DNA from: Hypanus sabinus
Lineage: Eukaryota
Assembly: GCF_030144855.1 (NCBI RefSeq)
Contig: NC_082717.1
Coordinates: 106,826,001 to 106,890,000, forward strand
Direction: 5' to 3'
DNA length: 64,000 nucleotides
Position numbers and translations under genes: made by a program. Below are positions 25,986 through 39,924 of the stretch, piece by piece (position 1 is the first letter of the stretch; each line of letters starts with the position of its first letter). The notes below the pieces were generated by a model. It saw only the letters and a program-made list of their open reading frames with translations, ran no database searches and was not told the DNA's origin.

Positions 25986-26994
25986 TTGGTAAAGCTGTAG
26001 ATGACACCAAAGTCAGTGGTATAGCGGTCAGGGAAAGTTATCCAGGCGACAACAGGGGAAGATTTTCCACACAGAGGGTGGTGAGTATACGGAGTGAGCT
26101 GCCAGAGGAGCTGAAAATGTAGATAAATTTACAATGTTTGAAAAATATCCGGCTTTCCTCCCATCACATGTGCACCGCCTGCACTGTCTTCACCCTGAAG
26201 TCTGACCACTCCGCAGTTCACACGTGATAGGGAGGGATGGAAAAGAGGAGATGGCACAGCATCATTGATGAAGGAGACCGTCACTGCAGTAATGAGCAAG
26301 AAGGCAGAAACATTAATGTTAAAGCAATTGAATCCAAGACTGTCTCAGTAACAAGGAGATAGAGTCATTGATTATTTCAGCATGGAAAGACCATTTGGCC
26401 CATCCCATCTCTGCTGACTAAGATGAAGATCCAGGCAGTCCCATTTGAGCTTTGGGTAGTTCAACCCCCCCTTCACCATTCCCACATTCCCCATTCCCCT
26501 CTCTCCCAGCCCATCACCTCCCTCTGGTGCTCCTTCCGTGGTCTTCTACTCTCTCCTATCAGATACCTCTTTCTCCAACCTTTTATCCCTTTGACCAATC
26601 AACTTCCCAGCTTGTTAATTAACCACTCCCCCTCTCCTGGTTTCACCTATCACCTACCATCTTGCACTTCTTTCTCCCCTCCCCACACCTTCTTGGTCTG
26701 AGCTCTCATCTTTTTTTTGCCCAGTCGCAAAACGTTGATACTTTACTCTTTTTCCATAGCTGCTGCCTGGACTGCTGAGTTCCTCCAGCAGCTAGTGGGT
26801 GCTGCAATAATAAGGATGGATGTTTCAAAGGCTCTTCACATAACATTGGGGGGTGGGGGCAGATCTTAGAAATTAAAAGGAATTCACATTGCCACAGATG
26901 AGGTGCCAGATGACTGGAAGACAACAGATGTGGGATTTTTATCAAAGAACAGTAACAGGGGCAAACAGATAATTTTTTTTTGCCCTTAACTCCA

Positions 26995-27175
26995 AGTGGG
27001 ATCATCCGGATGCCGTCATGATGCTTCACAGGCTTTCTTGTTTTTATGAGGCCGAGTTGCTAGCTCAACGCTCAACCCAGCACGGATGGAAAGTGTGCAA
27101 GGGAGCCAGCTGGATTCGAACTTGGGAGCCTTCGCTCCGAAGTCTGGCACTGATGCTGCTACACTACCAGCCAGC
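26995..27175 (-). mobile_element. tRNA-derived SINE
   Basis: Minus-strand head GGCTGGTAGTGTAGCAG (A-box-like) ... AGTTCGAATCC (B box), followed by a non-tRNA body. Confidence 0.7.
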
Positions 27176-27579
27176 ATAAACAGCTAATTAGAAACCAGTT
27201 ATTATCAAATCTGCAAGAGGAAGAATATTAGAAAAATATTCTGAGAGACCAGAATAATCTCCACTTAGAAAGACAAGGGTTGATTAGTCATGGTCAGAAC
27301 AGATTGATTAGTTGGCATTTAATTAATGCCTTTTTTTTAGAGATAAACAAGTGTATTGATTCCGGCAGTTTGTGTCATGTGGTTCACACAGATTTCACTA
27401 AGAACTTTGAGAAATTCCCTCATGGAAGGCTGGTCCACAATTTTAAGTGCACAGGATCTGAAACTGTCTCAGTAACGAGGAGATAGTCATTGAGTATTTC
27501 AACATTGAAATGGGCCATTTGGCCCATCCTATCCATGCTGACCAAGATGCCGATCCAGGCAGTCACATTTGCCTGCATT

Positions 27580-29790
27580 TGAAATGACTTTATTACTTAT
27601 ATCCTTCATATACATGAGGAGTAAAGATCTTTACGTTACGTCTCTGTCTAATGTGCAAGTTATAGTAATTTATAATCAATATAACATAGAAACACAGTAG
27701 TGTCAGCATGAATTAATCAGTCTGATGGCCTAGTGGAAGAAGCTGTCCCAGAGCCTGTTGGTCCTGGCTTTTATGCTGTGGTACCATTTCCCAGATGGTA
27801 GCAGCTGGAATAGTTTGTGGTTGGGGTGATTCGGATCTCCAATGACCCTTTGGGCCCTTTTTATGCACTTTGTAAATGTCCTGAATAGAGGGAAGTTCAC
27901 ATCCACAGATGCACTGGCCTGTCCACACCACTCTCTGCAGAGTCCTGCAATTGAGGGAGGTACAGTTCCCATCCCAGGCAGTGATGCAGCTGGTCTCAAT
28001 TGTGCTCCTATAGAAAGTCCTTAGGATTTGGGGGTCCATAGCAAACATCTTCAACCATCTGATGTGAAAGAGACTCTGTCGTGCTTTTTCAGCACACAGC
28101 TGGTATGTACACACCACAGGAGATCCTCAGTGATGTTTATACTGAGGAACTTAAAGCTATTCACCCTGTCAGCCCCAGACCCATTGATGTCTATAGGGGT
28201 TAGCCTGTATCCATGCCTCCTGTAGTCCACAACCAGCTCCTTTGTTTTTGCAACATTGTGGGAGGTATTGTTTACTTGACACCACTGTGTCAGGGTGATG
28301 ACTTCTTCCCTGTAGGCTGCCTCATTATTATTTGAACTTAGGCCAATTAGTGTAATGTCGTCAGCAAATTTAATTTGTAGATTGGAGCTGTGGGTGATGA
28401 CACTGTCATGGGTGTACAGAGAGTAAAAGAGGGGGCTTAATACACAGCCCTGAGGGGCACCTGTGTTGACAGTCGGAGAGACAGAGGTGAGGGAACCCAC
28501 TCTTACCACCTGTTGGCGATCAGACAAGAAGTCCAGGATCCAGCTACACAAGGCAGGGTGAAGGCCGAGGTCTTTGAGCTTCTTGTCGACCCTGGATGGA
28601 ATTATGGTGTTGAATGGTGAACTGTAGTCCAAGAACAGCATTCTCACATAAGCATGTTTCTTCTCCAGATGTATAAGGGTGATATGTAGAGCTGAAGCTA
28701 ATGCGCCATCTGTCAATCGGTAGGCAAAATGTAGGGGGTCCAGTGTGGATGGTAGCATGCTTCAGATGTAATTCTTGACCAGCCTCTCTTTCTTTCTTTC
28801 TAAATCTTTTTATTAATATTAGTAATATGGACAGAATACAGATGATATATTGATAAAGAAATTACCAACATACACATTCCATTACATATGAAAAAAAAAC
28901 ATACATAATAGTTACAATATAAATGAGTTTACCAAGACATAAGCCATAAGATATATGTATGGACATAGTAAATCTAAATATTTCATAATGTATAATAGAA
29001 AAAAAACAGAAAAAAGAAAGAAAAAAAACAAAAAAAAATTTATATAATGCAAAACTAACTAATCTAATCTAATAACTATAACTAATAAGTAATATAAAAG
29101 AAAGAAAAACAAACAAAAGAGAAGGAGAAAAAAAAAGTGGGCTGTTTATAATATCTCACAAAAATAAGTATTCATCAATGCCGTCACTTCCGGTCCTCTC
29201 AAAATACATAAGCTAAAAGCTAGGAAATCAAATGTACTTGGCACAGGGTCATATTACATCATATGAAAATGTTGAATAAATGGTCTCCATAACTTTTCAA
29301 ACCAGCCTCTCAAACCAGCCTCTCAAAGTATCTGCTTATTATTGAGGTGAGTGTGACCGGACACCTGACGTTCAGGCATGTTACATTGGTCTCTTTAGGT
29401 ACTGGAACAATTGTAGGAGGCACTCTACACTAGGAGAGGGAGAGATTAAAAATGTCTGTAAACACACTTGCCAGTTATGCCGCACACGTCCTGAGTACCC
29501 GCCCTGGGATGCCGTCTGGTCCCGCAGCCTCGCGACTGTCCACTCGTTGGAAACACCTGTGTACTTCAGCCTCAGAGATGACCAGGTTGCAGGTCGCATC
29601 AACTGTAGGTCTCCTCAGGACCTCAGTATTGGCAGCATCGAATTGTGCATAAAAAATGATTTAGCTCATCTGGGAGAGAGGCAGCAATGTTGGAAACTCC
29701 ACTGGATTTAGCTTTGAAGTCTGTGACGGTGTGCAAACCTTGCCATAAGCGGCATATATTGTTGGTGGAAAGTTGTGTCTGGATCTTGTC
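27580..29790 (-). mobile_element. Rex1/Babar-type LINE with nested L1
   Basis: RT motifs RMLFLDYSSPFNTI, TGAPQGCVLSPLFYSLYT, KFADD. Confidence 0.9.
28789..29300 (-). mobile_element. L1-like LINE, 5'-truncated to ORF2 end plus 3' UTR
   Basis: Minus strand EKLWRPFIQHFHMM*, T-rich UTR, AATAAA plus A-rich tail; TSD ACCAGCCTCTC at 28778-28788 and 29301-29311. Confidence 0.75.
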
Positions 29791-31824
29791 CCAAACCCAT
29801 CTATGTACTCCTATCTACTTTTCCAAATGACATTTAAATGTTGTGATAGCGACTGCCTCAACTATTTCCTCTGGCATCTTGAACTATGTACTTAATACCA
29901 TCTGAGTCTCTGCGGTCCCATTTAAATCTTTCCCCTCTCACCTTAAAGCTATGCTGTCTAGTTTTTTAATCCCTTACCCTAGGGAAAAATGACAGAACAA
30001 CCACTAAGCCACTCATGATTTGATACAGTTTAATAAGATCACCACTCAGTCTCCTGTGCTCTATGGAATAAAGTCCTTGCCTGTCCAGCCTGACCCTATA
30101 AGCTAGTCTCTGTCGTCCTGGCAACAGCCTCATAAATTTTGTACTCTTCCCATGTAAATGGTGTCCTTCCTATAACACTGTACCCAAACTGTACCCAGTA
30201 CTCTAGTTGTGGCCTCACCAATATCATGTACAACTGTAACAATAACATCCCAGTTACCATATTATCAGATAGACTTGTGACATTGAGGGTGATGTTGGAT
30301 GGTAGCCTCTGATGCGGGATATCTGTGATCAGTGATAAATGGCAGGGATAGGTGCTGGGTTCCAAGCTCACAGATAACACAAAATTGGTGCATTGTATCC
30401 TGTTCTGGTCACCACACCAAACCTGATTGCTGCTCTAACATGTCACCAGCAAACAACGTGACCAACAGCAATGTCCGACTGACAGTTGGCAAAACTACTT
30501 CCTTTACTACCACTTTCAAATATGATTCTACTACGAAGCTGTGTGTGATTGGAACCTGTGATTTACAGTTTGGTGGTGTGATTTTGGGCCAATTGAGTGA
30601 TCTGGCACTTTGCTGTCTCTGAGAGAGTTCGATGAGGTTTGGAGCAGAATGTGTGGCCTGGTAGCCTGGAGCCCATGATCAACACCATTACTTCTCTCTG
30701 ATTAAAGCATCAAGCAAGGCTGAAGCCAATGAAGACAGGTAGGTGTTTGCCTGGTCTTCCTCTCTCTTTCTCACTAGCCACTGTTGGAAGAAAGTGAAGC
30801 AGTCTTGGAATCCACATTGGCAGGATTGATCAGAGAGGTCGTGGACTTGTCTTGGAGTTGACGTTCATGTTGCATGTGTTCCTGGGTACTGCTTTTGAGC
30901 AGTTTGATTGGGACAATTGATGCAGACTGGGGCACTTCAGCAAAGAATGATCCTGTGGTTTGCATTGGCTGGAGGTATGGTGCTGAACTAAACTGAACTG
31001 AATTCTCCTGGTTTGATGTTCTTTGTGTTGTGCACTCACTTTCTGCCATTTGTACAATCTGCTCTCATTGGGTGTTTCATGTTTTCTCAGCGGGTCGTAT
31101 TGTGTTTTTTTTTAGTTTTTGTTGCTGCCTGTAGGAGGGCACATCTCAGAGCTTTAATCTGTATTAAATAAATGAACTGTGAATCTTTGAAGAGATGTGA
31201 CTACAATTGAGAGACTGCAGAAAAAAATCCAGACAATGTGGACTGGTTGGCTTCACTTATACGAGATTGAAAAGGCTGGGGTTTTCCCTGGAGTGAAGGA
31301 GACTGAGAGGTGACATTAATGGAGAAAGGATCAGAGTCTATTTTCCATGCTAGTAATTTCTCAGCCTAGAGGCTGTAGGTTCAAAGTGACTGGGTGGAGG
31401 CTCAAAGGAATCTGAGAGGTAAATTTCTCACAGACAGAAAAGCTGATGAGCTGCCAGGAGATGACGGAGGCAGGAACCCGAATGGTCCCACTGTTCAATA
31501 ACACTCCTCAGGACCCTGTGAACAGCTTCCCTGGGTTACCTCCCCAAAACAGAGACACAGATAAATGCAGCACAGAAATAGGCCCTTTGGCCCAACTCAT
31601 TCATGTCGGCCAAGCTGCCAAACTCAACTGCACCCAGTTGTCTTCAGTAAGGCTGTTTCACTCCAAATCTTTCCTCTCCATGTACCTGCCCAGACATATT
31701 TTAAATATTGTGACTATACCTATCTCTACAGCTTCCTCCACGTATCCTTCTGTGAGATATGCTGTCCTTAAAGTCTCTGTCCTCTCACAATATCTTTCTG
31801 CCCTTTACACTTAAAAGTTCCTGA

Positions 31825-32040
<216 letters not shown>

Positions 32041-33011
32041 ACCGGGGAGAGCAGTGTTATGCGATTAAATTTAAAACAAAGGGACGAGGTTGTCAGGTAA
32101 TTACTGACAATTATGCCACGGGATTGAAATCACTGAGCACAACATGAACAGTATTGGGTCATGAACGGTCGTTGTTACATTAAGGGTCTGGAGATTAAAT
32201 TCCCATTCTTTTGTGGTAAGCGCAATAACCCAATCAGAGAGCGGAACGAAAAGTGCCGAAAGTACCTCAAGCAACGCACACAAAATGCTGGTGGAACGCT
32301 GCAGGCCAGGCAGCATCTGTAGGGAGAAGTACAGTCTTCGATTCGGGCTGAGACGAATTTACAGCATCTGCAGATTTCCTCGTGTTTGCGAAAGTCCCTC
32401 AGTATCCCGGATGGCCTGAAATTTGAAAAGGTTATTTATTGAACCGTAGTCTACAAAAATAAGCATTGACCCATTAATTCGGTGAAGGTTTATTTTATAG
32501 TAACAGCCTAAGTCTTAATTAACTCACCAGTTTGAATGTTTCTGGTCATTTAGCTTCCAAAAGTCGCTCCAGTTTATATTCGCGGTCAAACTCGGTCTAA
32601 GGCGAGTTTGCAACGTGAAAAAAAAAGTTGAGAGAACCGGAATTCCAGTGTCTGCAGACTGTTGTGGCCCGATCACGGTCTCGACGAGAAATGGGACTCG
32701 AAGGCTACATTTATTAAAACTCATTCCCCAAACAGTAACAACCACAAATGCCTGGAAACCTTCCCCAAAACAACCAGCTGTACACGGCAGGGGTATGGGG
32801 ACAGAGATACCCTGACGGCGAGGGAGAAGTTTCTCTCTGGTGTTCGCGCACCGTTAACTGCTCAGAACTGCTGACTCTCGGTGCTGATGGTGTTCGGCCG
32901 CGTTGGAATCTGTGTAAAATCCGGGATGTCTTATATTACACAAATCACACACAGGAGAGGTCAGAGGAAATCGGCGTGTCGATAACACAAAAGCTGAGTG
33001 AATAGGAAATA

Positions 33012-33053
33012 ACAGCCCTTTCCACTGCTGAGTTAGTGGCTCTGAAAAGAGCC
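33012..33053 (-). terminator. Histone 3' stem-loop and HDE of H3
   Basis: GGCTCTTTTCAGAGCC at 33038-33053 (minus), then GGAAAGGGCTGT. Confidence 0.95.
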
Positions 33054-33082
33054 TTTTGTTGTGCTTGGTGCCGAGGCCGGAT

Positions 33083-33499
<417 letters not shown>

Positions 33500-33579
33500 T
33501 CAGCAGTCCGAGTACTGGGATTGGAATGCCAGAGGGATTCCGCGTCTGGCTTTTAAAGGCTGCCTAACCCCCTCGTACT

Positions 33580-36035
33580 AACCCATCCCTCCACTTTCTC
33601 ATCCAGATCATTTATAAAAATCACGAAGAGCAGAGGTCCCAGAACAGATCCCTGAGGCACACCACAGGTCATCAGCCTCCATGCAGAATATGACCCGACT
33701 ACAACCACACTTTGCCTTTTGTGGGCAAGCTAGTTCTTGATCCACAAAGCAATGTCCCTTTGGATCCCATGCCTGCTTGTTTTCTCAATAGCCTTACATG
33801 GGGTACCTTTTCAAATGCCTTGCTAAAATCCATATGAACTACATATATGGCTCTACTTTCATCAATGAGTTTAGTCACATCCTCAAAAATTTCAATCAGG
33901 CTCATAACGCACGACCTGCCTTTGACAAAGCCATGCTGACTATACCTGAACATATTATGGCTCTCCAAATGTTCGTAAATCCTGCCGCTCAGGATCTTCT
34001 CCATCAACTTACAGACTCACTGGTCTATAATTTCCTGGGCTTTCTCTACTCTGTTTTGTGAATAAGGGAACAGCATCTGCAACCCTCCAATCCTCCAGAA
34101 CCTGTCCTGTCCCCATTGATGATGCAAAGATCGTCGCCAGAGGCTCAGCAATCTCCTCCCCCGCCTCCCAGAGAAGTCTGGTGTACAACTCGTCTGGTCC
34201 GGGTGATTTATCCAACTTGATGCTTTCCAAAACTCCAGCACATCCTCTTCCTTAATATCTACATGCTCAAGCTTTTCAGTCCACTGTAAGTCATCCCTAC
34301 AATTGCCAGGATCCTTTTTCATAGTGAATACTGAAGCAAATTATTAATTAAGTACCTCTGCTATCTCATCCGGTTCCAACACACTTTTCCACTGTTACAC
34401 TTGATTGGTCCTATTCTGTCACGTCTTATCCTCTTGCTCTTCACATACTTGTAGAATGCCTTGGGGTTTTCCTTAATCCATTCCACCAAGGCCTTCTCAT
34501 GGCTCCTTCTGACTCTCCTAATTTCCTTTTTAAGCTCCTTCCTGCTAGCCTTATAATCTTCTAGATCTCTATCATTACCTTGTTTTTTAAACCTTTCATA
34601 AGCTCTTCTTTGCTTCTTGACTAGATTTACAACAGACTTTGTACACCACAGATCCTGCACCCTACCATCCTTTCCGTCTCATTGGAACGTACCTATGCAA
34701 AATGCCACACAAATATCCCCTGAACATTTGCCACATTTCTTCCATACATTTCCCTGAGAAAATCTGTTAGCAATTTATGCTTCCAAGTTCCTGCCTGATA
34801 GCTTCATATTTCCCCTTACTCCAATTAAACACTTTTCTAACTTGTCCGTTCCTATCCCTCTCCAATGCTATGGTAAAGGAGATAGAATTATGATCACTAT
34901 CTCCAAAATGCTCTCCCACTGAGAGATCTAACACCATACCTGATTCATTTCCCAATACCAGATCAAGTACAGTCTCTCCTCTTGTAGGCTTATCTATATA
35001 TTGTGTCAAGAAACCTTCTTGAACACACCCAGCAAAGTCCATCCCATCTAACCCCTCTCCCACACCGCTCTAGAGACATGCCAATTGATATCTGGGAAAG
35101 TAAAATATCCCACCACAACAACCCGGTTATTATTACACCTTTCCAAAATCTGTCTCCCTATCTGCTCCTCGATATCTCTGTTACTATTGGATGGTCTATA
35201 AAAAAAACACCCAGTAGAGTTATTGACCGCTTCCTATTACTAACTTCCACCCACAGAGACTCCGTAGACAACCCCTCCATGACTTTCTCCTTTTCTGCAG
35301 CTGTGACACTATCTCTGATCAATAGTGCCACGCCCCGACCTTTTTTGCCTTCTTAGCTGTCCTTTCTGAAACGTCTAAAGACTGGCACTCAAAGTAACCA
35401 TTCCTGCCCCTGCACCATCCAGGTCTCTGTAATGGCCACAACATCATAGCTCCAAGTACTGATCCATGCTCTAAGCTCATCTGCTTTGTTCACAATACTC
35501 CCTGCATTAAAATAGGCACATCTCAAACCATCGGTCTGAGTGTGTCCATTCTCTATCATCTGCCTGTTCTCCCTTTAGCACTGTCTCCAAGCTTTCTCTA
35601 TTTGTGAGTCAACACCTCTTCCTCCATCTCTTCAGTTCAGTTCCCAGGCCCCAGCACTTCTAGTTTAAACTCTCCCCAATTTTCTTAGCAAAGCTCCCCG
35701 CCAGGATATTGGTCCCCCGGGAATTCAATTGAAACCCATCATTTTTGTACATGTTACACCTCCCCCAAAAGAGGTCCCGATTATCCAGAAATCTGAATCC
35801 CTGCCCCCTGCTCCGATCCCTCAGCCACACATTTATCCTTCACTTTATTCTGTTCCTATACTCACTGTCACGGGGCACAGGCGATAGTCCCAAGATTACT
35901 ACCTTTGTGGTCCTGCTTCTCAACTTCCTTCCTAACTCTGTGTAGTCTGTTTTCAGGATCTTCTCCCTTTTCCAACCTCTGGTTGTTCTCTTTCCCACTT
36001 CAGGATATCGTGGATGTGATCAGAAAATCCCCGGA
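33580..36035 (-). mobile_element. CR1 LINE internal segment (ORF1 end, endonuclease, RT start)
   Basis: LDLVLGNE...GDSDHNSI, KENPKAFYKYV, KSPGPD, SQHGFVKGRSC, MDFSKAFEKVPH. Confidence 0.92.
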
Positions 36036-36039
36036 TAGA

Positions 36040-36500
36040 ATATCTTCTTGGGACTGGTGGGGTTCTGCACATTCTTCCTAGTTACTGGTGTAAGGGGTTT
36101 CTTCTTTTATGTTACTGCTAAGGCTGAGCGAGCCTGAGGCTTACTGGGGGCTACACTGGTTTCTTAGCTGTCGCATTTTTAGCCATTGGTTTCTTTACCC
36201 CTTGTTTTTTTCTTAGTGGAAAATTCCTTAGCTACTGATTTCTTGGCCGTAGGTTTCTCAATCGCTTGCTTCTTGGTCTAAGGCATCTTGGCCACTGGCT
36301 TCTTCACTTTTTCCACTATTTTCATGGAGCTGTCTTTTTTAGCAGCCTTCGAGGAACCAGAGGCACGTGCGTCCTTAGTGTGAACCAGCGAGCTGCTTTT
36401 CAATTTCCTTTTAATAACCATCTTGATCTGACTTTTAAACTTTTCTGCATTGATGCCATTGGCGACCAGAACCTTCTTTATCGTGACGACAGACTCCCCT
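36040..36500 (-). pseudogene. H1: Histone H1 pseudogene (partial globular domain plus basic tail)
   Basis: Minus strand SVVTIKKVLVANGINAEKFKSQIKMVIKRKLKSSSLVHTKDARASGSSKAAKK aligns to H1 [54 protein letters not shown]/P/A tail with SPKK; in-frame stop and frameshift. Confidence 0.85.
36089..36155. mobile_element. 67-bp internally deleted solo LTR inside the H1 relic
   Basis: TG...CA termini, TSD CTGG/CTGG; both halves match the ends of the 56375-57081 LTR. Confidence 0.85.
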
Positions 36501-36805
36501 CAGTTATTGCACCAATGTAGAGGAGGCTGCATTTGGAGCACTGGATATAATAGACAACCCCAGTAGATTCAGGGGTGAAGTGTTGCCTTCCCTGAAATGG
36601 AGATGAGAGAGGAGGTGAATGGGCAGGTATACCACTTACGGCGCTAATAGGGATAAATGCCTGGGAGGAGATTAGTGGGGAGGGATGAATGAATAAGGGA
36701 ATCATAGAGGAAGTGATCCCCATAGAAAGCAGAAGGTGGTAGGGAAGTAAAGATGCATTTACTAGGAGCATCCCTCTTGGAAATGGTGAAAGTTGTAGAG
36801 AATGA
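36500..36805 (-). mobile_element. Penelope-like fragment
   Basis: RQHFTPESTGVVYYIQCSKCSLLYIG (GIY-YIG). Confidence 0.8.
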
Positions 36806-38339
36806 TATAATTTTAAACACAGTTCATTTATTTCCACTGGTAACCATTTAAATCCAAATAACAATCTTCAAACACTTAGAAAACTCATGTGATTTCTATC
36901 TTAAACGTTTCCCAATTCTCACAGAGGATTCCTATCTTATCTTCAATTATTAAATTATTATCTTGAATCTTGAAACATCAGATGGTGGAACAATTCCAAA
37001 TTACAAACCATTTCTAAAGCACAAAACATTTCCAAAGCATAAAGCACTTCTTAAACAAGGATAAGGCATTAAGGATTTCCAAAAACAAAGGTACAATTCC
37101 TACATAAACTAAAAAGACATATCAATCAGTTCCTGACAAATGAATCTTCTGCCACAGAAACCAAAGCTGGGGGAATTGCTTCTCATTCATTCTGTTTCTT
37201 CTACGATTTATGACGTTCCTTACCACATTCCTAATATGCCTGAACTGCTCTCTCCATTTATACCTCTTTTCCACCAATTGGGTGACTTCACATATGATAT
37301 TTCCCCAGATATCCTTTCAACATAAATAGCCTAAAAGCAGTTGGAGACATAGACCTCAGCTTAATATTCACAGTTCACAATTAATGCTGTAAAGCTAATA
37401 TAAAACTCCCAACTATAAACGTATCAGTTGTTAATTTGCTAAATGTTATGTCTGTTCTGCTTCCTTGAACTAAGCAACTTAAGAGTTAACCTGTCTGAAT
37501 CAACCCAAATTAAATAACACATTGGCTTATACTCTATTCTTGAGCAATAATAAAGCATACGTAGTGACCAAGCATCTTTTCATAGACAAAGAGTGTCTAT
37601 GCTTTAGACAGACCTTATTTGCAAAGCTGTTCTATAAAGATTGCTTTTTAATCTCCAAGCTGATTACTGCTTTCCAGTCACTATACCTCTTAATAATTAA
37701 AGGCTGACTTCCATTTACGACCAGAAACTAAACAAAGCAATTTAGTTGAAACATTTACTTACATCTGTTTTTGGACTTAAATGGCTGATGCTGTGTTAAG
37801 AAAGCAAGGTTACCAAAAAAAAACCAAGGAGGAGGCCTACTGGCCGAGCAGTGAATATTCACAGTTATAGAGAGAAGTTGGGCAGGTTAGTGTTAGGGTT
37901 AATATTTAGATTGGGGTGTAGGAATTGTGGTTTGACCTTACAAAAATGCATATAATGATGAGGGAATAGATGGGTGAGTGCATATAGTCTTCTTCCCCAA
38001 GAGCAGAGGAACAAAACCCAAAGGGTATAGATTTGAGATGAAAGTGGTCACTGGTACAGTATTAGTATTTAAAACACATTAGTCAGTTTCATGGATAGGG
38101 AAAGTTAATACAGATATGGACCAATAGTTAGCAATGGGATGAGTTTAGTCAGTCATCTTGCTCGGTATTGACCAGAGGGTCTCTGTTATCTCCTGATTTT
38201 TGAAGAGTAATTCAGCAGACACGCCCACTTATTGAATGTATTTTTAGAAAAAAATCTCAGGATAAACTTACTTTTTTCATTTTTCTGATGGGCTCTGACT
38301 ATCTTTCTTTCTCATGCTGTTCTCTTTTTCAAATACTGT

Positions 38340-38975
38340 AATCCTCTCCCTCGGTGACAGCTTCCATTTCCCTTCCTCAGTTAAGGACTTTACATTGAAA
38401 TGTCTCTAGGTGAAGCCCCCTTTTGCCAGGAAAGATACAGGGATCTATTTACAATACTTGCAGGATTCCCAGCAGCTCGTAACAGTACAATATGGAGAGC
38501 AAGCCGTTGCCCATATAGCAAGCTCCTCCACTCCAGCATCTGATGAACATAAAGGAACAGCAGAGACCAATACAGTTTGGTACAGCAGCATCGTAGGAGT
38601 TACCAGTCAGATTGAACTCGATGTAAGACTGCCTGAGGGACTCCAGCTCTGGATTTTGCCCTTGGGGTTTATTCCCGAAGCTTTCTCCACGAGTGGGTAT
38701 AGCCGCAAGGCAGTGGAGGTTTGAGATCAGAGTTTTCCTGCTCCAAGAGGAGCTTCCAGCCACAGCTGATGAGCCCCATTTACCCGAAGCAACCGATTTT
38801 AAGGCATCAGTAACCCACCTTTGCCCCTTCTGTCAGTAGAAACTGTTCCGCCAAGTTTAGTCGCTAAGCCACATGTAAAGACCAGTAGCTGACTTTATTG
38901 TCAGAGGCTATTTGAGACACACGCCATTTAATGGGTCATGGGAGCTTGTCTGCATTACTACCCCAGCTGTAACAA
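38340..38975 (-). mobile_element. RTE-like LINE 5' region (UTR plus start of endonuclease)
   Basis: Minus strand ends in frameshifted (F)NVKSLTEEGK, resembling the APE N-terminal WNVRSL motif; upstream structured UTR. Confidence 0.5.
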
Positions 38976-39029
38976 CAACAAGGTAACAACCTTAAGGAAC
39001 GTTATATATAAAATAATTTAAAATGGGTT

Positions 39030-39420
39030 ATGAAATATCAAATATGTATATAGATATATAGATGCACATTCCCCCTTTCTCCCATTGCTAAGAGGTCTAA
39101 TGCCACATGATTTTGATGAACTATCTTGCACCTGGCGACCATTTCTGATGCTACCTTCCCCAAGGCTTCAGCAGTGTCATTGTTTAGCCTTTCTAAGACT
39201 GCAGCAAGATTTTTAATCTCTGATATTTCACGCAAAACCATGAGATGGGTATAAAATTGATGCTAAATGATCTCCTAGATTGTCTCATTTACTTCTAGCT
39301 TCAAGGGGTAAAGGCAAGGTGTGTGTATGTCTCAAGGCAGGGAAACACATTAAATGATAATGATGAATATAGAAGAGTGACGTCAGCTCTATATCCGTAC
39401 ATAAAGTACATATTGTTCAA
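39030..39420 (-). mobile_element. env: Endogenous retrovirus env relic (SU/TM junction and TM ectodomain)
   Basis: Furin site R-S-K-(TGA) at 39285-39296, fusion-peptide-like LASILYPSHG, heptad EIKNLAAVLERLNNDTAEALGKVASEM, ISD-like HQNHVALDLLA. Confidence 0.8.
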
Positions 39421-39924
39421 TGAACTTAGACTCATTCAATTTCACTTGACAAGAGCTCTGATGAACTGTAATGTTTTTCTGATTATGAACAAAAATTCCA
39501 GAATCCTTTCCCCATTCATAAACTATTCCTTCCTGGAATGGTACATTCTGAACTCAAGCAAAAGGTAGCTTATATAAAAAACATATGAAAAGCTTTAGTA
39601 ACTTAGTCATGACATTGGATGTGGTATATCCCAGAATAAGACATGAATATGGTCAGATATGATTTTCCCTATATCTTGCTAATTGTATTGACACAGACGA
39701 TTCAGTTTAATATAAGACGAAGGAGATCTGATGATCGTGTATATATAAACAGTCAGTCATAGGTATAAAGTCAACATCGGTATTGCTGGAATGTTTAGTA
39801 AAGAGGACGTATCTTTGTTCTGGATCTGCAGCAATGCTTAGCACTGGTGAATATTTTGAAGTGTGCCGTATATTTTTTCATCACTGTCATTCTCACCTGA
39901 GTCACTAGGGTCCACTGTGGAGTC

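Noticed and set aside
27095-27175. tRNA gene
   Set aside because: Has A/B boxes but no convincing cloverleaf and continues into a SINE body
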